In this document: positions 20,901-64,000 of the stretch, piece after piece
How the letters are laid out: each line of letters begins with the position of its first letter
Numbering within the stretch: the first letter of the stretch is position 1
From: Flaccisagitta enflata
Lineage: Eukaryota
Direction of reading: 5' to 3'
Length of the DNA: 64,000 nt
Assembly: GCA_965153355.1 (NCBI GenBank)
Contig: OZ231126.1
Span: 4,154,001 to 4,218,000 of the forward strand
Translations under genes and position numbers: made by a program
Notes under the pieces: generated by a model
What the model was told of the DNA's origin: nothing
The model's input: only the letters and a program-made list of their open reading frames with translations
The model's database searches: none

Positions 20901-23762
20901 ATTAATGATGGGAGATTTTATTGATCGTTACAACTTCAATGGTAGATTTTTTTTGAGGGCCTCGATGATGCACTTGACGACCTGCTGCAGCATACCCAAT
21001 GTCAACAATTGAGAGATTAACCTAGAATTATTGTTGACTGAGGCTAATGTAGTAAAGAGCTAGAGATTTCATTGATGATGAGCTAGTAATTACGCGTAAC
21101 AGCTTCAAACCATTTGTTTGGGAATTGCTCCTAATTTTCATTGTCAATTGACTCTTTCCAGCGCTTATCCTTTCATTCGAAGTTGATCTTATTGGTTTTT
21201 TGTTGTTTTCATAAGTACATACAACATGCGCGGTAGGTTCTGGGCACTTTTGAAGCATTTTTGACCATTTTTGTAAGTATTTCAAGGGACCAACTGCATA
21301 AAACGAAGGTGCCAAAAATCTCGCTAATTTCTCCCCTTAAAAATTCATGAAATCAACATGGTCAATTTTATTTTTTTGGGCCAAAAATGTCTGAAACCTT
21401 CAAAAACCCCACCCCAGAGACACTTTCGGGTGAAAAAGGGCCATGAATGGTCACTGACATGAATTTGGAAAAATTAGGCCTTATACCTACTGATATTCAA
21501 GTTACCCTTCTTTTCATATTGGTTTTGCTTGAGATGGGGGGGGGGGATAGCTACAGTTTCCTTTTTGTGTGTCGTGGGGTCTTCTCGTTCTATAATCAAA
21601 TCTGCAGTTTTACGCTACAGAGCTCGATGGACAACATCAAATTTTGCCAAGTTACCACTCTGTTACCAATTAACCCTCCCCAGGTAAATCCAGGTTACCA
21701 GATAGTTACTAGATTTTTTTCGCAAGTTACTAAATTAGTTACTAGATTTTAATATTAATATAAAGCAACTGCAACTATGTTGGGTAATCAATTTAATGAG
21801 TCGAGGATGTACATATGAGCTTCACATGTCAAGGAACTAGATACAAAAATGTGTTAAAGTAAAGCTGCTTTAACGCTAACATAGGAAAAACTACACAATC
21901 TACGATGGGGCATTAAGTTCCTTTGCCATTTTAGAAGTCATGCTCTATTAGTAGGTGTGCTCAAGCAATGATCCCCATATTAAGTATTCATGTCTATTCA
22001 TGACCACCAAGCCTCAGCTTTTTGTTTCTCAACTGTTATTAAGAGGGTGATGAGTTGGGGTTTGGGATAGAGATGAAGCTGGGGATAGGGTCAGGTCTTC
22101 GCGGGGTTCGTTTTTGTAGATTTTGACTCAAGTTTTTAAGGTGCGCCATAGCACCTCTATAACTAGCTCCGTCTGTCGGTTTGTTGGTCGGTTGGTTGGT
22201 CACGCTCGAGTTAAAAATCTCTAAAAGAAGCAAAAATCACCGGAAATGATTCAGAAATATGCTAGGATGATTTTTAGAAGCGCCATAGCACCTGTATATA
22301 AAGCTCCGTCCGTCCGTCCATCCGTCGGTCACGCTCGAATGAAACATTGCTAAAAATATTTGAAATCATTAGAAAACTCATTTCGTTCATCATTGATGAT
22401 ACTCGTCATTTTATTCACTGATAAAATCAGCTACGGTTAGGTCTGATAGAGCTGGTGATAGGTCGGATAGGTCTGGTGATAGGTCGGATAGGTCTCGGGA
22501 TAGTTCTGATAGAGCAGGGGATCGGTCTGATAGAGCTGGTGATAGGTCTGATAGAGCTCGGGACAGGTCTGATAGAGCTCAGGAAAGCAGGGGTGTATAT
22601 AGTTGCACGACCTTTGATTTCTTTCCCCCCCCTGGTCCTTTGATTTTCTTCCCCGCGGGGCCAATCTACATATGATTTTCTTCCCCATATACCCCCTATA
22701 TAGTAATATATTGATTTGAATAATATAAAATAGTGTTGTAGTAACTAAATATTACATTTTAGTACTGTCAAAAGTGTAAAATCTTCTATATTTTACATCT
22801 TTTCATTTTTCCACCCTTTGATTTTCTTCCCCATGTCCAAATCCTTTGATTTTATTCCCCCCCCTGCCGGGGGGGGGAATATGCAACTATATACAGGCCT
22901 GCAGGAAAGGTCTGATAGAGCTCGGGATAGGTCTGATAGAGCTAGGAATGGTCTGAAAGAGCTAGGGATAAGTCTGACGGAGCTAGGGATAGCTATGGAT
23001 TAATAACGCCCGGCGGGATAGGTTTGATAGAGCTAGAAACGGTCTGATAGAGCTAGGGATAGGTCTAATGGAGCTAGGGATAGCTATGAATTAATAACGC
23101 TCGGCGCACCGTCTTGGCCCGTGTATCCGGCCTTGTTAGAGTTCTTCCTTGGCAGCATTGAAAAATCGCAATTTTGTATGGTAACAATCCTTACAAAGTG
23201 CATAAGTGTTGAGTGGTAGGGCAGGAGCAATAACACAACAAATACACTCAATACTTGCATGATTCGAGATTCGCCGAGCTAACTAAAAGAAATAAAGTCC
23301 AAACTTTGTGACATCAATTTATTACTGATTCAAAAAAAAAAATGTATCTATGTGTGTTTTAATCCTTGTTTTTCGGTCCATGCGCCATAGAAATAGCACT
23401 TCATCATTCCAGAGTGAGAAACATCCCAGTGTAAGTGTAAAATCAGTGTGACAGGGTGTGGACATATTTCTTATAGTTGGCCCGGCGGATCTCGAATCTT
23501 GCCACTAATTATTCAAACTGACTTAAACAAGGCCAAGTAGGCCAATAAGGTGCGACGTGTGGATCGTCGAACGAATGCGTTACCGACCAACAGACAGACA
23601 GACGGACACAGCCAGTTATAGAGGTGCTTTGTCGCACCTAAAAAACCTAAAAAGAACAAAAGAAAACCAGTAATTTTAAAATGTTATGGACGGACTGATG
23701 GACGCATCAATAAGTGGATCGACAGAGTCACAGACGCACAAAAGAACCAGCAGAGAGGGAGG

Positions 23763-23837
<75 letters not shown>

Positions 23838-26800
23838 TGAGAATATGCCATAGTGACATATGCATGGTGAATAATTCGACGCTCAGAATGAATGATTCAA
23901 GACAAAATTTTAAATCATTTCCTCAGATCATCTAAACAAGGCCGGATACACGGCAATCCAGTCGCGGACTGTTGGGCAGGAGCAGTAATGCAAAAACCGC
24001 TTGGAATTCAACAAGGCCGGATACACGGCTACCCCAGTCGCGTGCGGGTGGGCAGGGGCCATAATTGAGGTCACCAGATCATTTGAGCAGGAGCAGTGAA
24101 GCCAAAAATCCCAAAAACCCGAAAAAAGTAAAGTGTGACGGATGGAAGGACCGACGGACCGACAGACCGACAAAGCGGGGTGTAGAGTCGCGTAGCACGC
24201 GACTAAAAATGTGACGGACGGACGGACGGACCTACCGACCGACACGGCAAGGTGTAGAGTCGCGTGTCCGCGACTAAAAATTACCAAATTTTCTCCCAGG
24301 TTACCAAAGTTACCAGATTTTTATCCCAAGACCCAAGTTACCAAAGTTGCCGAAAATATTTAAGTAGATTACCAGCCAGGGTACTATGTTACCAAATGCT
24401 TTCCCAAGTTACCAGATCTGGTAACAACTTGGCCACTTCGCTACATAGCGCATCGTCAACATACGAGGAAGCGAAACTGCTACAGGATTGATCACAATTA
24501 CACATTTTTAAAAAAAAAAAAAATTTATACTTCTTTTTGTATGGCAATAATTCTACTGCTGCCTTTCACGATTGCAAATGAAAGAAAGTAATTTGACATG
24601 CCACTAAAAATGATGGTTCCTTTTCAGAGCACTCTGACTTATTCCCGCCACGCGCCGGAGGTAAGCGTCACTGAAACTATCTGGCTGACTAGCGACTGCG
24701 TTTCTCTCCAATGACGGCAATATGCAAATGAGGCTTTTCGCTCGATCGTCTGTAAAGAAAGCTTATATCGAAACTAGCATGACGAAAAGATCCCTCAACG
24801 CGCACGCACATGCAAATATCAATCGGACAATCGTCATATAGCTATTGCTATTGCAATTGCTATTGCCTATCATGCTGTCGTCATGATTTCAACACCTTTG
24901 TAATTACGTTACCGTATTACCGTTTACGTTTGCGTTGAACGGGAATTGGAACGCCGTTAGACTTTCCGCTCCTCCTCTTCCACCTCCTCTTCCTCTTCTT
25001 TCCTCTTCGGCTGCCTGAAGCGTGACCGCGGCGTCGCCTTTGAGGGGAGATCGTTGAGGTGTCTTTTGTTTACGGCCTGAAGGAGGGGGGGGGCGCGAAA
25101 AAGAGAAAATATTCGCGAAAGTGTTGGACGGTCAGCGGTGCTCGTTGCCCTACAGTTTGGATTCATTAGGATTTGATGGTACAGTTGAGCACTGCTCTAA
25201 CGGACCCGCCACTAACGGAATTCGGACAATCAAAACAAATTCTTAGTCGTCTTAATTTCTTTAATTTCTTATATAGTTGAACTCTGTTTTAAAAGACCCA
25301 CCACTCACGGAATTCCGCCTACAATAAAAGCAGATTCATAGTCCCTTCATATTGATTCCTTCAATTTCTTTTATTGGCTCTAACAAAATTCCGATAAGAA
25401 CAAAAAAAAATTGATTAGTCCCTTGAAATTAGAGCGGGGTTTAACTGTATGAAGGGCAGCGGCTCCAAGGTGGCTTACAACTTATGCTCAGAAATTTCGA
25501 CAAAAGGGCCAAAGTACTGAGTCGGAATGTTGAATTGGACCAAAATTTGGGCTACTTGGCTGGGATTATTCTAGTTACATGGCTGGGACTTGGGCTACAT
25601 GGCTGGGATTCGAGTTACATGGCTGGGATTTGAGTTACATGGCTGGGATTTGAGTTACATGGCTGGGATTTGGGTTTCATGGCTGGGATTTGGGCTACTT
25701 GGCTGGGATTTGAGTTACATGGCTGGGATTCGAGTTACATGGCTGGAATTTGAGTTACATGGCTGGGATTTGAGTTACGTGGCTGGGATTTGAGTTACAT
25801 GGCAGGGATTTGAGTTACATGGCTGGAATTTGAGTTACGTGGCTAGGATTTGAGTTACATGGCTGGTATTTGAGTTACATGGCTGGGATTCGAGTTAGAT
25901 GCCTGGGATTCGAGTTACATGGCTGGGATTTGAATTACATGGCTGGGATTCGAGTTACATGGCTGGGATTCGAATTACATGGCTGGGATTCGAGTTACAT
26001 GGCTGGGATTTGGGCTACTAGTCTGGGATTCTCCGGGCCCTCGGCACTTGGCATCGCATGCTCTCGTTGATGCCAGAAATATGAACACGAGAGAAATGTT
26101 TACAATAACATTGAATCTGTTTTGCTTCATTTAACCCATCCTAAGACATCTATTCACCTTTCGCCATATTTTGCGCCGCCGCCGCTGCTGCCGCTGCTGC
26201 CGCCGCCGCCGCCGCCGCCACTTGGTCGACATCCGGCCGGCCGGAGACGCCGGGAAGCGGCCGATTCGAGACGCCGACAGAAAACTCATCTCCCGGCAAT
26301 GTCTGTCAAAACAAGGAAAGGAAAAAAATGATAAGAACAAGGCCAAGTAGGCCAATGAGGTGCGACGTGTAGATCGTCGAACGAATGCGTTACCGACCAA
26401 CTGACCAACCAACCGACCGACCGATCAACGGACGCATCCAGTTATAGAGGTGCTTTGTCGCACCTAAAAAAAAACAACAATTAACACAGGGACGAAATAT
26501 CGTCGCGGACGGGTGGGCAGGGGCGCGCAACCCCTTCCCTCTATACTCCCACATAACAAAACAAACACACTCGCTCATTTATCCAAAATGCTTGTTTTCA
26601 CATTTTTCAACTGGATTATTACGGACTAACGAACCCTTGAACCAACGGACGGACAAAGACCAAGCTCGCGACTAAGAAGCGCCATGAAAAGGAACTTCTT
26701 CTTTCTCGATGTGTATTAATACGAGGAAAGATCTTCCACAGGTGAGAAAAATAACTTTTACCAGTTTCGATTAGGAAGAAGGATTTTGTCGTGGATGGGG

Positions 26801-27335
26801 ATGGGAAATTGGGAATGGGAATGGGGATGGGAAATTGGGAATGGAGATGGGAATGGGGATGGGAAATTGGGAATGGGGATGGGAAATTGGGAATGAGGAT
26901 GGGAATGGGGATGGGAAATTTGGAATGAGGATGGCGTAAAGGATTGACTTTTGGAGTTAGCGTGCAAGGATCGGGAAGGGGAAGTTGTATGGGAACGGCG
27001 TGCGAGAATCGGGATTGCATACGGTAATGGCGATATCATGGGGATGGGGATGACGACATTGTGGCGCACTGTATTTAGGCTGGAGCGAATTGGAAGAGGG
27101 GGAAAAGGGCGCAGACGAGCGGCAACGAACTCTGGTTTTGACTCGGGATCAAGTAAGTATGGTAGAGATGGCTGAAAAGGGAACATAGGAAGGCAGGGTA
27201 AAGAGGGGGGGGTAAGGAGGGAATATGGGGAGAGTTCGACAGTTTTGGATAAATTGAAATATGGGAAGGGCCGACACGGCAGAGGGGCGGGACCAAATAT
27301 CTGTCAGTCATCAAGGATGAGTTATGTTTGGGCAT
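14990..27335 (-). CDS. Candidate multi-exon gene of unknown function, frame only partly resolved
   Basis: GC-rich islands with minus-strand splice signals: 26158..26302 (TTTTGACAG, AAG|GTGAAT), 24921 or 24913..25076 (CCTTCAG), 16094..16320 (CCCCCCAG, AAA|GTAAGG), and an exon starting at 15294 that is open for about 100 codons (AIKKLAAVEIENHRF...). Possible first exons are 27294..27335 (MPKHNSSLMTDRYL) and one starting at 27171. No known domain recognised. Confidence 0.45.
15310..15705. repeat. Minisatellite of about 23 bp (GCCAGCTTATCGGCCGGCTATTT)
   Basis: Direct inspection. Confidence 0.9.
16468..17245 (-). mobile_element. Family A element containing a nested TIR element
   Basis: Starts AAACAAGGCCGGATACACGGC and ends GTCGCGTGCACGCGACT. 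Confidence 0.7.
16616..17115. mobile_element. Nested fold-back/MITE-like element with 58-bp TIRs and internal tandem repeats
   Basis: GGGCAGCGGCCCCAAAGGACCAATGTCCTGTAGGACACAGGGGTGAATTTCCTTACGT matches its inverted copy with 3 mismatches; about 6 CCATGTTATTCAATGGGA units inside. Related ends occur near 25455, 28787, 30165 and 60506. Confidence 0.8.
17371..17793. mobile_element. Tc1/mariner-type MITE
   Basis: 23-bp TIR CACTTTTTATTTT(T/A)TATAAGAAC flanked by TA on both sides. Confidence 0.8.
18530..19110. repeat. 20-bp minisatellite (GTCTGTAGACTCGCGATTCC), decaying to the right
   Basis: Direct inspection. Confidence 0.95.
20620..21025. repeat. Three diverged tandem copies of a unit of about 150 bp
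   Basis: GATGCACTTGAC(G/A)A(C/G)CT.CTGCAGCA near 20660, 20818 and 20967. Confidence 0.75.
22133..23137 (+). mobile_element. Helentron/DINE-1-like element carrying a 21-bp minisatellite
   Basis: 5' hairpin AGGTGCGCCATAGCACCT; 3' GGCGCACC plus GTGTATCCGGCCTTGTT; internal GGTCTGATAGAGCTCGGGATA repeats. Confidence 0.7.
22588..22901. mobile_element. hAT-type MITE nested in the minisatellite
   Basis: 20-bp TIR CAGG(GG/CC)TGTATATAGTTGCA; perfect 8-bp TSD CAGGAAAG at 22580-22587 and 22902-22909. Confidence 0.9.
23525..23645 (-). mobile_element. Short Helentron/DINE-1-like element (family B), copy 1
   Basis: AACAAGGCCAAGTAGGCC...AGGTGCGAC...AGAGGTGCTTTGTCGCACCTAAAAA. Confidence 0.85.
23934..24280 (-). 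mobile_element. Two nested family A elements (inner copy about 24010-24208)
   Basis: Two AACAAGGCCGGATACACGGC ends followed by two AGTCGCG...CGCGACTAAAAA ends. Confidence 0.85.
25182..25447. mobile_element. pogo/Tigger-like MITE with a duplicated left end
   Basis: TA|CAGTTGA...TTAACTG|TA; second left end near 25274; related to 40698-40863. Confidence 0.65.
25550..26030. repeat. 20-bp minisatellite (TGAGTTACATGGCTGGGATT)
   Basis: Direct inspection. Confidence 0.95.
26336..26470 (-). mobile_element. Family B element, copy 2
   Basis: Near-identical to copy 1 outside the microsatellite. Confidence 0.85.
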
Positions 27336-27655
27336 TGACGGGTTATCGCGAATTTGGGAATAGAATGGGTTCTAAAGGGTAGGTTCCTGGGTAGGAGGGG
27401 AAGGACGCAAGGAGGATAGATTAATTTTGATTAAATGTGAAATCGGTGTTCATTAAAACCGACGCGCGATGGAAACTCAGAAGCGCGAAACGACTCCAAA
27501 CGAACGATGTGGACAACTTAATCTTTTATGCGCTTTTAATCTTTTATTCACGATGTTTTAATGATAACACTTTTTATCGGGCATTAATTATTAATCAAAG
27601 TTTCGCCTGTAAAACGAATGGCAGCCATCTCTTTTTCCCCTTTGTGCTCCGTCGG

Positions 27656-27745
<90 letters not shown>

Positions 27746-27902
27746 TTGCTTTCTTTGATTGATTGATTTATCTATTCATTCATTCATTCATTCATTCCTT
27801 AATTCATTCATTCATTCATTCATTCATTCATTCATTCATTCATTCATTCATTCATTCATTCATTCAGTTTGCTTTCTTTGTTGATAGTCCATTGTAATTA
27901 AT

Positions 27903-27969
<67 letters not shown>

Positions 27970-27970
27970 C

Positions 27971-28016
<46 letters not shown>

Positions 28017-28087
28017 TTTTAATATTCTTTCATTCTTTCATTCTCTCATTCAATTTCTCTTTCTATCTTTGTAATTGTACCATAACA

Positions 28088-62161
<34,074 letters not shown>

Positions 62162-62253
62162 CTGAATAACGAGTTCTTTATATAAGTCACTTAGACCATC
62201 GCCATCCCTCGATTCAATTATATTTTTCCTTACCTTTATTCGTCTCTTTTTTT

Positions 62254-62337
<84 letters not shown>

Positions 62338-62357
62338 TTTTTCTTTTTTTCCTTTTT

Positions 62358-62424
<67 letters not shown>

Positions 62425-62502
62425 ATCTTTCTTTCTTTCTTTTTTCGCTTGATTCTTCCTATCTTTCTTTCTTTCTTTTATTCTTTCTTTCTTTCTTTCT
62501 TT

Positions 62503-62560
<58 letters not shown>

Positions 62561-63244
62561 CACTTGCTTGCTTGCTTGCTTGCTTGCTTTCTTTCTTTCT
62601 TTCTTTCCTTCTTTCTTTCTTTTTCTCTTTGTTTATGTCTTCATTCATTCATTCATTCATTCATTCATTCATTCATTCATTCATTCATTCATTCATTTGT
62701 TCACTCTGTCCACTTCTTTAGATGCTAAGATTCGATTACAATGCTATGTTTTTTCCGTTGAGGAGTCCTTATATGGCACTTTTCTATCTTTCTTTGAGCC
62801 CTCCGTGATGGAGAACAGAGCGAGCATGTGGGCGTATTCATAGTGAAGACAACAAACATGCTCATTTCTCGTTAATCGCATTAACAGTGTGAACACATTC
62901 AAAGTTTTAACTTGAAGCGTAAACACATTCAAATTTCAACTAAACCATGAGGAAGTAGGCAGCATAAGAAAGCAAGCCCTTGAATAGAGCTAGTTAACGA
63001 AATGTAAGGCTGCAGAGTGAATGAGCGGAGCAAGCAGTGTGAGCAATAAAACGCAGTGAGCAATCGAGTGGCCCGTTACGGTTACGGTTAGAAACGCGAT
63101 TGTCCATATGTGGAAACGGGCCCGGAGACAGAGACGCAGAAACAGAATGAGACTGACTGACAAAAAAGTCAAAAATAGAAAAGTGGAAAATTGAATAACG
63201 TCGCCAGGTCAATACCACTAGTTCAGTAGTTGTCGAAAACCTCA

Positions 63245-63470
63245 TCATTGTCTTGTCACCATTGTCATGTTATCATTTTCATGTCACCATTGTCATGTCA
63301 CCATTGTCATGTCACCATTGTCATGTTATCATTGTCGTGTAACCATTGTCATGTTATCATTGTCATGTCGCCATTAGTATGTCATCATTATGATGTCACC
63401 ATTGTCATGTTATCATTTTCATGTCACCATTTTCATGTCACCATTGTCATGTCACCATTGTCATGTTATC
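63245..63470. repeat. Minisatellite of about 14 bp (CACCATTGTCATGT-like)
   Basis: Direct inspection. Confidence 0.85.
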
Positions 63471-63564
63471 AGTCGAGTTATTGTGTTCCATGATAATGGA
63501 ACACTTAATACCCACATTTGTCTCCATCTTCTTCTCCGTTACCCAGAATTCTCCATGTAAAAAA

Positions 63565-64000
63565 TGTCTGTCACACATCCTAGAATTCTCCAGTGTCCGT
63601 CACACAACCCAGTTTTCTCCGAATGTCCGTCACACCACCCAGTATTCTCCGAATGTCTGTCACACAACCCAGTTTTTTCCGAATGTCCGTCACACAACCC
63701 AGTTTTCTCTGAATGTCCGTCACACAACCCAGTTTTCTCCGAATGTCCGTCACACATCCTAGAATTCTCCAGTGTCCGTCACACAACCCAGTTTTCTCTG
63801 AATGTCCGTCACACCACCCAGTATTCTCCGAATGTCTGTCACACAACCCAGTTTTCTCTGAATGTCCGTCACACATCCTAGAATTCTCCAGTGTCTGTCA
63901 CACAACCCAGTTTTTTTGAATGTCCGTCACACAACCCAGTTTTCTCCGAATGTCCGTCACACAACACAGTTTTCTCCAAATGTCTGTCACACAACCCAGT
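63565..64000. repeat. 30-bp minisatellite running off the window
   Basis: TGTCCGTCACACAACCCAGTTTTCTCCGAA units interspersed with CACACATCCTAGAATTCTCCAG variants. Confidence 0.93.

Noticed and set aside
24700-24900. snRNA gene downstream of the octamer motifs
   Set aside because: No recognisable U1-U6, SL RNA or tRNA sequence was seen here or elsewhere in the window.
18530-26030. Regular 20-21-bp repeats as possible CRISPR arrays
   Set aside because: Head-to-tail units without unique spacers, no cas genes, and an intron-containing eukaryotic context.
62731-63525. Further upstream micro-exons of the minus-strand gene (about 62740-62800, 63192-63209, 63512-63527)
   Set aside because: Phases can be made to fit, but acceptors are weak and frames ambiguous, so they are not included in the model.

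Overview
This is repeat-rich eukaryotic DNA, most likely from an invertebrate metazoan; the species cannot be determined from the window. The one firm gene is a complete 13-exon UBE3C-type HECT E3 ubiquitin ligase on the + strand (2104-13790, about 1278 aa), with one GC-AG intron and Ser/Gly low-complexity expansions. A C2H2 zinc-finger exon of a divergently transcribed gene lies at the left edge. The minus strand carries two further candidate genes with no homologue I recognise. One is a partly resolved gene at about 14.8-27.3 kb, converging on UBE3C. The other spans 28.1 to over 62 kb and appears to be built from about 25 micro-exons of 11-55 nt, hidden in small unique islands between microsatellite blocks. 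It would encode a poly-Thr stalk, a thrice-repeated motif, a DVDQNRS repeat and an Asn-rich tail. A second recurrent signal is tandem 'echo' duplication of exon/intron junctions, most strikingly six copies of the catalytic-Cys exon end plus splice donor of UBE3C. The remainder is non-autonomous DNA transposons (Helentron/DINE-1-like elements and hAT, Mutator, PIF/Harbinger and Tc1/pogo MITEs, several nested), minisatellites and very long microsatellites. All gene models were spliced by hand from splice signals and phase, without transcript data or database searches.
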